Source: the human T2T-CHM13v2.0 reference genome, Homo sapiens. Taken from it: a stretch of 64,000 nucleotides of DNA. The notes under the pieces were generated by a model, which searched no databases, was not told the origin of the DNA, and worked only from the letters and a program-made list of their open reading frames with translations. The position numbers were made by a program, and so were the translations under genes. Shown here piece after piece: positions 13,873 to 29,270 of this stretch; positions within the stretch are counted from its first letter, which is position 1; every line of letters starts with the position of its first letter. The stretch is taken from assembly GCF_009914755.1 (NCBI RefSeq), contig NC_060925.1; one strand, written 5' to 3'.

Positions 13873-14127
13873 CTCCTTGCAGTCCTGAAATAAAAAATGT
13901 TTCAAGGGATGCATTCTCCATGATTAATGTGCACTGGCGATCCACTAATGATGATGCTACTTACACGGTGACTGCCCAAGGGGAGAAAGGACTGTATCAG
14001 TGCAGCAGCACAGGAGAGTCCTGCACCATGCGGGGCTTGCCCTGTGGCTCAGTGTTCTCTGTCACTGCTGTGGCCGAAACACAGGCAGGACGGAGCCTGC
14101 CCAGCTACAGTGTGCCCCTGGAAACAG
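13873..14127 (+). CDS. FNDC7: FNDC7 coding exon, FN3 module 6 (APCSPEIK...SVPLET)
   Basis: tcttag| and |gtatgt; 255 nt, phase 1-1; overlaps ORF 13920..14135. Confidence 0.94.
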
Positions 14128-14508
14128 GTATGTAGCAACCACCAGCCTGAATGTTGACTTCAGTGGGGTCCTTATGGAGTGTTTCAAGACATGAACTTCC
14201 TTATTTAATCTACCCTCAGTGCAACAGAAATACATTAAACTCAGAGACGTTTCAAAGAGTCCCGGTCATAGACAATAAAATTTTCAATATTTTACAAGTT
14301 CTGTAAAAATATCCTCAAGACTAGTATATCCATTCACTGGCATCAGAGAAGGAATACTTACTCATTCTGCAAAACATTTATTTGAATTCATATTCCCCTA
14401 TGATATAATCTATCGAAACAGCTAACAAATGAGTAGCCAAATGAGCTGGGTTGTTACTTATTTCTTTGGCTCAGCCCTTTCAAATTTTTCTCTTTAAAAA
14501 ATGCTTTC

Positions 14509-14804
14509 TGGCCAGCATGGTGGCTCACGCCTGTAATCCCAGCACTTTGGGAGGCCGAGGCGGGCAGATCACGAGGTCAGGAGGTCGAGACCATCCTGGC
14601 TAACACGGTGAAACCCTGTCTCTACTGAAAACACAAAAAATTAGCTAGGCGGGGTGGTGGGCACCTATAGTCCTGGCTACTCAGCAGGCTGAGGCAGGAG
14701 AATGGCGTGAACCCAGCAAGCGGAGCTTGCAGTGAGCAGAGATCATGCCACTGCACTTCAGCCTGGGCAATAGAGTGAGATTCCGTCACAAAAAAAAAAA
14801 AAAA
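14509..14804 (+). mobile_element. AluY-like
   Basis: Alu consensus; TSD aaaatgctttctg. Confidence 0.92.
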
Positions 14805-15337
14805 TGCTTTCTGACTTTCAATTTCCTGATAGGTAAAAGGGAGATAATGGCCTCATAGGGTGGCTATGAGTATTAAGTTGACTAATGCTGCAAAGCACTT
14901 AGCATAATGCCTGATGCACAGCAAGAGCTCCATAAAAGAAAACTATTATTACAGCGTAGCATTGTGTATGAATGAAACGTGGCAAATCACTTCAAGCCTG
15001 TGGACATTAGTTTTTCTTATATACAGTGATAGATGGCACTTTGGACTATAAAAGTTGAAATACCTAAAAAAAGAAGCCAGCAGTAAGATAGAGACCATAC
15101 AAAATACTGCATACGTGAAGATGTTAGGTATCCTATATTCGGGTAATGGGTCCCTGAAAAGTCAAGATGGCTGTGGTATTTTAGACAGCTAAGAAATCAA
15201 GCTTTTATATCAGTGATGTACTATGAAATTTTCAAGAAAGGCAAATTATACTTAATTGCTAATGCTATGAAATGTTCTGTTGGGAGAAGTGAAAGCAACC
15301 GTTACTTTGAAATTTGCAGTTAGAATTGTTGAAGATG

Positions 15338-15620
15338 GGCCGGGCATGGTGGCTCATGCCTGTAATCCCAGCACTTTGGGAGGCTGAGGCAGGCAGATCA
15401 TGAGGTCAAGAGATTGAGACCATCCTGGCCAACATGGTGAAACCCCATCTCTACTGAAAATACAAAAATTAGCTGGGCATGGTGGCACGCACCTGTAGTC
15501 CCAGCTACTCAGGAGGCTGAGGCAGAAGAATCGCTTGAACCTGGGAGGTGGAGGTTGACTGCACTCCAGCCTGGCAACAGAGCGAGACTCCATCTCCTTC
15601 TCAAAAAAAAAAAAAAAAAA
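15338..15620 (+). mobile_element. AluS(c)-like with ~20-bp right-arm deletion
   Basis: Alu consensus; TSD tgttgaagatg. Confidence 0.9.
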
Positions 15621-15916
15621 TGTTGAAGATGGGGGCAACAAAGGATTTCTTTCTTATTCTGAAAAAAAAAAATGGTGGAAACCTGCAACAGCCAGTTGGT
15701 GCAGTGCATTCTTGGGGAAAGTACCCACTATATACAGTGAATGTTACATGACGCATCAGAGGGAATGAACAAAAGGAAATTTTTTATTAACAATGGAAAG
15801 TTGGGGAATGTAGGATATTGAGTGAAACACAGGCAAAATACCATTCTTTATCATTTTTCACAAATAATCTTCAGTGGAAATAAATCTCCAATTCTTTTTC
15901 TTTTATCCCATTTAAG

Positions 15917-16171
15917 TGCCATGCTGTCCAACCGGTCTGACAGTAACTCAAATCACCCAGTCAGTAATCAACGTGAGCTGGACTATTGGGAGAGTGGCTC
16001 AAACCCATGTTGCAGTTCTGGAGTCACACACTGGACAGTCTAAGTGTCACACTCATCAAAACCACTGCCTCCTAGGGTGCATCACATGTGGCATCAATTA
16101 CACAGTGACATTAAAAGCAATTAGTGCCACCGGGTTGACTGCAGATTGCTCCTACCAAAGTTATTTCTCTG
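15917..16171 (+). CDS. FNDC7: FNDC7 coding exon, FN3 module 7 (VPCCPTGL...YQSYFS)
   Basis: tttaag| and |gtaagt; 255 nt, phase 1-1; ORF 15916..16179. Confidence 0.94.
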
Positions 16172-17319
16172 GTAAGTGAACTCTAGCTCTAGAGTAGCAG
16201 TAAGGACTTGACTATTATCAATCCAGGCATAAGCCTTTCCTCCTCATTTAAAAAGATGCTGCATCTCCACCTAGTTTGCATTATAAACTCAGATTACTTT
16301 CTAAAATGGTTATAGTTTCCCTTTGACTTAGAACCTCAAAGCTTCAGAGGCTTCTGTTGGTAGTTGGTGAATTAACTCCCCTAGTAACAATGTTCCTCTA
16401 TGCTTTTTCTGAAGGGACCATGTATCTTTATATGACATAGCTACTTGCAACACAGAGTAACGTAGCCTGGCAGAGTTTTCTGAAAGCTAGATCACACATT
16501 CTGTTTGGTTTGCATTTTTTTCTTCTCATTATTATTGTGCTACTACCTCTCTTTTCTAAGCTTCTTCAGCTGCTTCAATGGTTTCTTATTTCAACAGGCT
16601 AAGAGAGCAAAGACATCTGTCTACTGACAGTATTGTACCTTGTTCTTCACAAAGACCAAACCATTAGGGAATAGCAGGGGAAAGTAAAAGCAGTGCAAGG
16701 TTACCAAATCTCTTGCATGATTCTAATTCACTGAAGTGGCTGCTTGTAACACGGTTTTGATAAAACTCTTGAGGATGCTTCCTAGGCTTAAGGAGAAAAA
16801 GTACAATGATAAGTTACCTCTGCCTGGGGCATGGGATGGAAGAGTTGGAATATAATTTTGGCATCCTAGAGGTAGTAGAAAGAGTCTTAACTGGGAGTCA
16901 AAATTAGACATGGATTCTTATAAGCTGTGTTGCCTAATCTTCCCTGATTCTGTCTCCTCATTGAAAAAGACAGGAATAGTAATATTTTCCTTCGAAGTTG
17001 TTTTGAGAATCAAAATAAATCATAATGTGAGAACATTCAGAACATGCTGCACGTATGTCAGCTGGTATGTACTTTCTTTTGACCCATTATCTTGTATTAG
17101 ATTTACTGCTTAAGTTCTCACCTTGATATCCAGTTCTCAGAATATGACCCATTGCTTATTCTTTTAAGAATAAATCAAGTAAGCCTGATTATAATAACTT
17201 TTAAAAATTATACAGTAGGATCTTTAACTTAGTTACTAAGGAATCCATTTGATGCCCTTATTGGCACCTAATGTGTGGCTTGCTCAAGGTATTTAGAAAA
17301 GGAAAAAAATACTAATCAG

Positions 17320-17606
<287 letters not shown>

Positions 17607-17930
17607 TACTAATCAGCTACCATGGATGAAGCGTGGACCAGCAAACTTGGTCACTGGCATGTTGTATAAATGGCTGCACCTAAAGTGTCATACTACTCAT
17701 CTCGGCAAAATTGGTTCTTCAATTAAGGCTGAATGCAGTTAATTATATTTAAGTTTAATGCCACCAAAATCAAATAAAACTAGGGCATTATGAGGGATCT
17801 TGACAAGGATTCTGTGCCTTTGACTCACAGTTTGAATCATGTACAATATGTATCTGCCAATTTTTGGACCTTTCTGACTCACCATTGTTCTGTATTAAAA
17901 ATTCATACTGCACACCACCTTCACACATGG

Positions 17931-18318
17931 ATTTCTCTCTCTCTCTCTTTCTTTCTTTCCCTCCCTCCCTCTCTTTTCTCTTTTTTCTCTCTTTCTTTCT
18001 GTCTGTCTTTCTTTCTTTTTCTTTCTTTTTTTTAGACAGGATCTCGCTCTGTCACCTAGGCTGGAGTGAGTGCTGTGGCACAATCATAGCTCACAGCAGC
18101 CTTGAACTCCTGGCCTTAAGCCATCCTCCTGCCTCATCCTCCCAAGGGGACCACAGGTGTGCACCACCACAACTGGCTAATTTTTTTTTTTTTTTTTTTG
18201 TAGAGTCAGGGTCTCCCTATGTTGCCTAGGCTGGTCTCAAACTCCTGGGCTTAAGCGATCCTCCTGCCTTGGCCTCCCAAAGTACTCAGATTATAGGCAT
18301 AAGCCATCATGCCCAGCC
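17931..18318 (-). mobile_element. AluJ with expanded CT-rich tail
   Basis: Diverged antisense Alu 18025-18318 preceded by a (CT/CTTT)n tract; catggatttct on both flanks. Confidence 0.85.
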
Positions 18319-18516
18319 ACCCATGGATTTCTGATTATGTGGCCCACCATGGAAATAACTCGAGTACCCCTTCAAATCTTGCTCTGATCTAACCAGTAAT
18401 TAATCCTGTTACTTAGACTAGTTTGCTTATATTTTTTCCCTGCAGTAATCAAGGCCATTTTTGGATGATGGTGGAATAAAACAAGTGATTTTGTGTTTGT
18501 TATTTTTATTGCCTAG

Positions 18517-18777
18517 GTGCCTGCTGCCCTTTGGGGGTGAAATTATATAGGCTGGGCCCTAATGGCATCCGGATCTACTGGCAAGCCTCCAGGGGCTCTG
18601 CCAATTACAGCACTGACCTCTATGGCTCCAAAGGCATTTTCACGTGCACCCCGAGTGCTGGCCTCAGTTTCTGTGATGTCACTGAGATACCCTGTGGGGA
18701 TGTATACACTGTGATGGTCTCACCAGTTGCTAAAACAGGATTGAAGCTTACTTTCTGTCCAAAAAAAATATATTCAG
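18517..18777 (+). CDS. FNDC7: FNDC7 coding exon, FN3 module 8 (GACCPLGV...PKKIYS)
   Basis: gcctag| and |gtaaag; 261 nt, phase 1-1; overlaps ORF 18531..18836. Confidence 0.94.
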
Positions 18778-18831
18778 GTAAAGCAAGTTATGACAGTTTA
18801 TCTAAAACTAACCCTGAACTCATATCTGTGA

Positions 18832-19200
<369 letters not shown>

Positions 19201-20727
19201 TAAAATTTCTACACAGCACAGGCAGATTCTGGCTGTGGAAGACCCCAAGATTCTTTGGAATTGTGATGCTTTATTTAATTTAGAGATTATCTTCTCTGTC
19301 CCACTCTTCCCCTTCCTAAAAAGGACTAGATGCTTGCTGCTTAATTAGTAAAGCAAATTTAAGATAATTTTCTGCTTTGAGATTTAGGGATAGATTTTTT
19401 AACATAGTCTTGCTGATAATGATAGACATCCTGGGATGTTGGAAATTAGGAAACTTGAACTTTTATTTGCACAGACTGAGAATTATGACTGAGGAAAAGT
19501 TAGAGGATCAGAAAAAATAAATTTATAAATCACAAGCTAGGCTTGGCAATATGAGTGGGCAGACAATCTGTGATCACAAAGCATGGCTGTCAGCAACTAC
19601 CATCTCACCAGAGCTGGCAGGAAAACATTAGCAATTCTCCGCTCTGTGTTCCAGCACCTTCTGCTACCTTGCCCAGGGCACAGTCATATATTTTTCATGT
19701 ATTCCTAGAAGAAAAGAGATGATGAAGCCCTAGAATTTTGCAGGTGAACACAGAAAAAAAGAATAAATATTGGCTCACAAGCCCTTACTGATAGCCAGAA
19801 TCTAAAATTTTGAATGATATGTAGGTGACAGGAGGTTCAGGATGGCCCTTGGTGATGGAAGGAGGACAGTTCCTCCCAAGGGGCTGTTCTCATTGTCCCT
19901 GGCTGTCATGCTCTGATTCCTTGTTTTTCCATTATTTGGTCCACAGGACAAGCTGGCCCAAAGCATAGCCCTATGGGAAGGGACAGGAATAGGTTCCTGG
20001 TGTCAGGATGAGCTCTTAGGAAGATGAGTCTACAGCTCAATAACAATACTGCATCATAACTGCATAATATTTTATAATTTATCCAGTGGTTTCATATCAC
20101 AAATCTCATCAAATGCTCAAAATATGCTATGCTATAGGCTCAACATATTTCATTATCTCCACTTTGTAAATGAGAAAACTGAAGCTCAGAGGCTCCCAAA
20201 TCTCTATCTACAACTCTTCTCTTCTCCTGACCCCTAAGTCCGTATTCAAATTTGATACCTCCACCTGGAGGTGCCCAGGCATTTCAAACCCCTCAGGGGC
20301 AAAAGGAACTCCTGATCCTCTGCTGTTTCTGATCTTCCTCCCATCGTCCTTGTTTCAGGTACATTAGCTAAAAACCCTGGAGTCAGCTTCTGTCTCCCTC
20401 ACCCTCCATATCTAAGTAATCTCGAATTCTCGTCCTGGTCACCTTCATGATGGTTCCTAAATCCCGAGTCTTCTCTTCATTCCCACAGCTACTGCTATGC
20501 CTCAGGCCCTCACCACCTCTCCCCTAGACTACTGCACCAGTCCCATCTCCCTGTCCTCACTCCAGCCTCTGTAATGCTACCAGAGTTATCATTCCAGGAC
20601 ACTCGTCCAATTGTGTTACTTTTATGCTGCCACATCTTCAAAACTTTTCCATTTCCCCATAAGATAACATTCAATCCTCTGGGCATGGTGTTCACAGTCC
20701 CTTATAATCTGTCCCCTGTCTACTTAT

Positions 20728-21350
<623 letters not shown>

Positions 21351-22205
21351 TGAACAGAGAAATTCTAGGCTCATTCCACAACATCCGTCCTGAGAGGACT
21401 CTATTCTCTAGTCTAGGCATCTGGCATCATTAACGTGTGCCTGCTTCGGCCACACACACCTCCTATTCTATGTCATGTTCTGGAGCTACTGCAGTGCTCT
21501 TCTCTTTGCCCGGAATTCCACCCCACTTCCACCAAGAGAACTCTACTGGCCCCAATTTTCCTTGTCTGTGAAGCCTTCTCCAATTATCATAAGCAGAGTT
21601 AGCCCTCTCTCTCTCCCTCCTTTATGACCCCACAGCACCCTTATCTGTACTGCAACATATTACTGTGAATTGAATGTGTGCTTTTCTCCTAATAAATGAT
21701 TATCTATTTGACTCCCAGTACGTAGCACGTAACTGTTGCCTGATATATTTTAAATTTAAAAAAGAATGAATCAATGAATATACAGCTAAGTGAGTGATGG
21801 AAGTCTTTTGTTCTTTCTCCTGCTCCATGCCCACAATTTCACCCTTAGAGAGTCATTCCTCTGAGGGCTGGTTAGCCACCAGAAGTCCTTGTGAGTTAGA
21901 ACTCAAGTTCTTTGATGGGATGCCATCTCAAGCCTGTAGCCATTTCAGCTTAGTAACATTAGGTATCTAGACTCAAGTTAGGAAATCCTCCTTTGCTCAG
22001 TGTCCCTGGTAAAAGCCATACATTTGGGAGATGTTTTTTGGTTTTGTTTGTTTGCAGTATCAGTGATGTCTTATTCTGATAATCAGGACAATATTGTAAA
22101 TGACAATAACGACTAATGTTTATTGAATGCCATGTGCCAGGCACTGTTCTAAGGGGTTTACATATATTAACTCAGTCCTTACAACAAACCTATCAGCTTG
22201 GCATT

Positions 22206-22515
22206 CTTTTTTTTTTTTTTTTTTTTTTTTGAGATGGAGCCTTGCTCTGTCACCCAGGCTGGAGTGCAATGGCGCAATCTCAGCTCACTGCAAACTCCGC
22301 TCCCCAGGTTCAAGTGATTCTCCTCCTCAGCCTCCTGAGTAGCTGGGATTACAGGTGTGCACAACTACCATGCCCGGCTAATTTTTGTATTTTTTGGTAG
22401 AGATGGGGGTTTCTCCATGTTGGCCAGGCCGGTCTTGAACTCCTGACCTCAGGTATCTGCCCACCTGGGCCTCCCAAAGTGCTGGGATTACAGGTGTGAG
22501 TCACTGCGCCCAGCT
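22206..22515 (-). mobile_element. AluS inserted in a MIR-like remnant
   Basis: Antisense Alu; agcttgg on both flanks; MIR-like flanks (gtgccaggcactgttctaag / aaattgaggcacag...gacttgcccaggtca). Confidence 0.88.
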
Positions 22516-22739
22516 GAGCTTGGTATGCTTATTCTTACTGCTTTTCAGATAAATTGAGGCACAGTAAAGTGACTTGCCCAGGTCATACTGCTAGTAGTAT
22601 CTCCTTCTCTTATCACCCAAGTTCGTTCTTGTTCGTTTTTTGGTTTACTTTCCTTTTATTCTTTCTTAAGTTAAATCTTCACTATCTTAAATACATAAAT
22701 GAATAGATTTTATTTTAAATGCTTGTGTTTTTATTACAG

Positions 22740-22769
22740 TAACTTGCTCTGGAAGTACACTTGGAATGG
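22740..22769 (+). CDS. FNDC7: FNDC7 30-nt coding microexon (VTCSGSTLGM)
   Basis: tttttattacag| and consensus |gtaagt; phase 1-1, in frame with both neighbours. Confidence 0.85.
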
Positions 22770-23059
22770 GTAAGTCATTTTTCTCATGGATAAAATAGAA
22801 CAGGATTTTTGTTGCTCCATTTTGGGGTTAATGAAGTCAGCTGACTTTTCAATTAGAAAGCAAATGCTTTCTTTCTTTGATACAAGGGGCTCCTGCTCTC
22901 TTATCCCATGACTTTTTCTCCCCATTATAGTGCCTCCTCTGAGATTCCACCAGTTGAGATGAATTTCTTTGAATTCTGAAGTCTTTTTAGTATTCTAGGA
23001 TCCTACAGGAAAATGTAAATAGTTTTGGGAGGGGCAGCGGCTTCATCCCTCACACTTCA

Positions 23060-23410
23060 GAAAGTGATTCCCAGCTCAGCTGTACACTGGAGTCACCTGG
23101 AGAGCTTAAAATTAACTGATGTCTGGTTCTGTCCCCAGAAAGTTTGATTTAATGGGTCTGGGGTGAGAGCTGGGCATCAGGAGTTGTAAAAGCTCTTCAG
23201 GTGATTCTGAAGTATAGCCAAGGCTAAGAACTGCTACTTTAGAGCCGTGCTTCTCAAACTTTATTGTGCACACACATCACCTGGGGCCTCGTTAAAGCCA
23301 GATTCTGATTTGGTCGGTGTAGGAAGTGTCTGAGACTCCGTATTTCCATAAGGTCCAGGTGATGCTGGCGATGCCGAGGCTGCTGGTCTGACCACACATG
23401 GAGTAGCCAG
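23060..23410. mobile_element. Adjacent MER5-family (hAT-Charlie) MITE fossils
   Basis: tcacctggagagctt...ccccaga...gatttaatgggtctgggg...caggtgattctga; further MER5-like pieces at ~8965-9150, ~24745-25010 and ~26205-26390. Confidence 0.65.
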
Positions 23411-24464
23411 GAGTTAGAGAGAATCTGTTAACAGCCTGCAGAGAGCTACGATGTTTGCTCCTGGTTTGCATGAGTGGGTATACCCCGTGGAGAGAGAGGG
23501 TGCTGAAAGGGCAGTTGGAATAAAGAGAACCCTCACTGCCTCCTTGGTTTTGCTCAGGGATGATCTTGTCTAGGCTATTTTGGTTGCCCCCACAGAGATG
23601 ACTCTTGGCAGGGCAGTGGAGATGAGCAAATGGAGCCATGAGTGTTGACCCAGTAAGCAGTGTATGCTGCCTCATGAGGAGTCCTTGCCACAGCCTTTTA
23701 GGGGACAGCTTGGTCTGGGGCCTTAGGAAAAAATCCCCTGGGAATATTATCAACCCCAAACTACAGAACTTCTCTCCCGCCCACCCCCACCCCACCCCTC
23801 CCCATTCAGACATGGCTGATTTTGAATGGTGTGAGTGTAAATGAAGCCTTCTTGCCCGTAAACCCCACTGGACAGCCTTCCAGTCGGGGCTGGCTCCCCA
23901 CCCACACCCCCTTCCACTGGCAGGAACTGGGTCTAGAGTCTCCACTCCCTGTTCTCTGCCTGGGCTCCCTTCCTCTCCCAGTCTATTGCTTCTCTGAGCA
24001 CAGCAGGTTACACACTTTTCAATTCCTGTCCCACCTGCAGGTCTGAAATAAGCACAATCCTTATTAATTTTTCAAGAGTTTTTGTTTTCTATGACTACAA
24101 AAAGGAACAGACTTGGCTTACTGAAAACAAACTGTGAGGACACTTCTAATTATAAAAAAGTCTCCCAAAGTAGTAGAGACCATACACCCTGGTCTTCAGT
24201 GAAAGGTACATGGACCTAGGTCTGCATTCTTTAATCAGTATCTCCCTGAGACATAGAGGTGTGGTAGAAGTGTCCTAGGTCCCCAGGGGAGAGGAGTGGT
24301 GTATGATATATTGGCCTTGCCTATGATTTTGTTCAAGGAAGGGTTTCAAATAAAAACAAAAAAAATAAAAATGTAAAAATGTAAAAAAAAAAATTTAAAA
24401 ATGTTTGAAAAGAAAGAATGTCTATGTTTTAACAAAAAACACAAAAGGTGGGGTGGCAAGGAGA

Positions 24465-24751
<287 letters not shown>

Positions 24752-25139
24752 TCACCAGAGAGCTTTTTAGAAATGTACAGTCTTGGGCCCCATCCTGACC
24801 TACTAAATCCCCAGGTGATTCGTGCATGTATTCAAGTTTGAGTAGCACTGCTTAGGTACTGCTCTTAAACTCTGCTGTGTATTAGAATCTCCTGGACAGT
24901 TAATAATGAATGCAGAGGCCCAGGTCCTGGCCTAGTGAAGTGCCTCTATATTTCCATCAGGTTCCCAGGTGATTTTGATACACATGAAGTTTGAGGAGCA
25001 CTGCTTTAGATCACTAATGTCCTCTTTTCTGTCCTTCTAGGCTTCAGCTTATCTTCACCATTCCCTTCCTTAGCCAGGGCTCAGTCTTTAGCCTGAAATC
25101 TGCTACTCTCTTGAAGTAGATATTTGTAGAAATCCTGTA

Positions 25140-25299
25140 GGAGCCAGACACAGTGTCACACACCTGTAGTCCCAACTATTCAGGAGGCTGAGGTAGAGAA
25201 TCACTTGAGCCCAGGGGTTTGAGGCCGACCTTGGCAACATAGTGAGAGCCCCCTGCCCTCAACGTCATCTCTCTAAAAAAAAAAAAAAAAAAAAAAAAA
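25140..25299 (+). mobile_element. Alu monomer (FLAM-like) with long A tail
   Basis: Single Alu arm followed by a long A run. Confidence 0.75.
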
Positions 25300-25515
25300 T
25301 CCCGCAAGGCCCTCCAAAAACAAGAGTAAGCCAGATTATTTGAGGGTTTCTAAGGTCATATGGAAGTCATTATATCTAGGGGGAAATTCTAAATTGCTGT
25401 CTTCAATTTCAGCATTTCCCCTCCCCAAACACAGAGCAAGTCCAATCAGGTCCCTGGGCTGACATTGGAGCCTCTGGATATGCTGAGGGGAGCCATGGGA
25501 ATCTTGCTGGTCTAA

Positions 25516-25885
<370 letters not shown>

Positions 25886-27017
25886 TAAGAGAGATCTGGA
25901 TTCAAATCCTGCCACCATCACTTGCTCTTAGTCAAGTTGTGTAAATTCTCTCTGAGCCTAGGTTTCCTCATCTGAAAATTAGAGTAAATAATAATCCCTC
26001 ATAAAAGAAAATCAGGATTAAATGAGAATGTAAATTATTGGACACAATAATAGGCTCATAACAACTACTTAATAAATGGTAGTTGTTAATTCATATTCAG
26101 TTTAAGCTCATATCACATTCTATTATGTACCAATTATTAACATTTTAATGTGCTACTTCTAACGAAGACATTTGCATTTTAACCTTGGTCCTCATAATAC
26201 ACTTCCTCATTGATTCTCTAAGTGTGGTCCTGGTGCCAAAAGTATCAGCATCAGCTGGGAACCTCTTAGAAATGCAATTTTTCAGACTCTTCCACAGACC
26301 TATTGAATCAGAAATTCTGGGGCTAGGGCCCAGCCTTCTTTGTTTCAACAAGCCCTCAAAGTGCTTCTGATGGATGCTAAAGTACAAAAAGCATGGCTTT
26401 AATTCAAGAAAGCTATTTCAATGCTGGAAATTTGATGCAAGTTGGAAGGGAAAGGAAAAAAAAAACCTATTTGAGGTGATAGCGGCTCTAACAAGAGGTA
26501 GATAGATGGGAGGGGTTTGTGCCTGACATCACACCATGAGCAGGGGCTGGGGGTGTTCCTTCATCTTTAGGACCCAACATGTTTCAGTGTCACCTGTACA
26601 TCCTGGGCAACTTTGAGGAAGCTTCCTCTCTGTGACATACTTAGCAGCTAAACAGGTTTATGTTTTCCATATAAAACTCCCTGAGTCATTAAAATTTTGG
26701 AGTTCCCTGAGGAGCACAGCAAGTTGGCCTGGGGGTGAAAAGGAAAGTCCTTTTGTTTTGAACCAGTGGTCTGGGATTAAAGAGACTCTGGGAGGGTTCA
26801 TTTGGTGAAGCAGGAGAGAGACTGCTCTGGTTAGAAACTGCTGATCAGTTTGAACACTTTGTCAGTTGTCATAGTTTCATGTTTACTTGCCGTGAAGTGC
26901 TGCAAAAATAGCATTTCAAATCAACATACACATAAAATCTCAGACACTGGTGCTTTTTAAGAAAATGTCTGCATATTGAATGCATCTTTTACTGCTTCCC
27001 TTCCTTACCCTTTTCAG

Positions 27018-27049
27018 TGATTTATAGAGGGAAGAGAAATGAAGAATGA
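27018..27049 (+). CDS. FNDC7: FNDC7 last coding segment (VIYRGKRNEE*); exon extends to 27086
   Basis: Long pyrimidine tract + cag| at 27017; TGA at 27047-27049; donor caa|gtgagt after 27086. Confidence 0.85.
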
Positions 27050-27169
27050 CAAAGTGAGCCCCAGATAAAAACAAAAACTTGACCAAGTGAGTAACGTAAA
27101 TTGATTTTGTGTGATTTTATGGCAAAGTTTTTTGTCTTTGTTTAAAATGTTTTCCCATTTGTCTTGCAG

Positions 27170-27995
27170 AGTTGTCTCATTTGTTAGTGATTAGAGATGG
27201 AAAAGATCTACTAGAATGTAGAATAAAAATGCCTCTAGGATAGGAAAAGCTCCTTTGGCCTTTAGAAGAACAACTCTGACTCTGCTTCCTGAGGGCAAGG
27301 TCAGGTGTGTCCTCACCTGCACAGCAGTTGGAGATCTGCTATGTGAGGACTCTGGAGAGAAATGAATCCAGAAAGTCCCCTGGACGGCTGCTAGCCTGAG
27401 TTGGCACACTGTGAGAACCCTGGAAACAAGAAAGTTCTGCTTAGCAGAAATTCTGAGATTTCACATCCACACACACCACAGACTTCAACACATCCACTTC
27501 ATGAGTGTTTTACAACAGCACTTGTCTGCAGCCCCCTCAGGGGCTGGAAATGTTCACTCCCAGAAAGTCAAGCCACCCACATGCAGACAGCACTTATCCC
27601 AAGACAAACCTCCAGCAGGACTTCAGTATAGGTTGGAAAGCAGTAGCTGCCAGGGCAACCTGAGATAACAAACGCCCTCATCGCAAGTTAGGAGCAAAGC
27701 TGAGCTGCTTGCAGGGTTCGCTGAGCCAAAGCATCAGGTGGCGTGACATCTATGGGAGCATCTGGGAAAGCAGAGCTGCCAGCCTGTTGCTAGAAGGGTT
27801 GCAGTTATGCTTTCTGCATGAGAGAAGATGTCAAATGGAGAGCCTCAAACTGTGGCCGACTGACATGCGTGCATCTTTTGGGGGAGGACCATCCATCTTA
27901 TTGGCCATATCCCCCACTCATATTGTAATTACTTTTTTCATCTTTGGAGGGGGAAGGCAATGAAATATAACATAAATCTCTCATACCTAAAAAAG
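27170..27995 (+). other. FNDC7: Probable FNDC7 terminal non-coding (3'UTR) exon; 3' end uncertain
   Basis: tttcccatttgtcttgcag| acceptor at 27169 closes an 83-nt GT-AG intron; AATAAA at 27222-27227 and variant hexamers AATATA/CATAAA at ~27964-27976. Confidence 0.55.
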
Positions 27996-28789
27996 TTTGT
28001 CCTTCAAATATCAGTAACCTAATTTAAAACATGTGAGTAGACTTGTATAACACACACACGCACATGCACACACACAGTTATAGTGCTTGCTCCCCAAACA
28101 CATGGCTATGGAGCCAAGCATGTCTCTAGTTAGGAACAACCATAAAACTCTGCCCAGGGGGAATTGGACCATGGAATTAGGCTCGAACTAAGCATGGAAG
28201 AAAGAACAAACTTCCCTTTCTGTTCTCTCAACTTCCTATCAACGTGCGCTGCAAGAGAGAAGTGATATGCTTTCTCTATGAGACTGATCAGAGATACGTA
28301 ATGGGTCACTAATAAGAGATCTTCCCCAGAACATCTGTACATGAACAGAGACAAGCCAAAGGTATATATCTCTAAAAATGGAATTGGAAGCATCAGAGAG
28401 CACACCTAATACCCTACAAATACCAAGGCACAGAAAGTGAAATAGCCATCTGCCTAGCTAGGCACCTAAGGCTGAATTGTTTTGGTCAGAATGTCACAGA
28501 AGAAAATGTGATCCACAGTGGGTAAAGATAAAATTAGGTTATTTAACGTGTATATAGCACAAACTACCAGCTTGTAAGTGCTCTCCATATGCTCGTTTTA
28601 TTCTCATAACAACCCTACAAGCTAAGTAATAACATTATCTCCTTTATACAGGTAGGGAAAAACGGGCCCAGAAAGGTCAAGTAGCCCACCCATGTTCACA
28701 CGGCTAATCAGTTCAAACACAAAGTTTCAGGGAGAGAAGTAAGTAGCATTGGTTAGACCTGCTAATTCATGCTATCTTTCAGTTAAAAT

Positions 28790-29270
<481 letters not shown>

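Noticed and set aside
23292-23945. 217-aa minus-strand ORF
   Set aside because: Non-ATG start, no recognisable domain, runs into a MER5 fossil, no supporting splice or promoter features.
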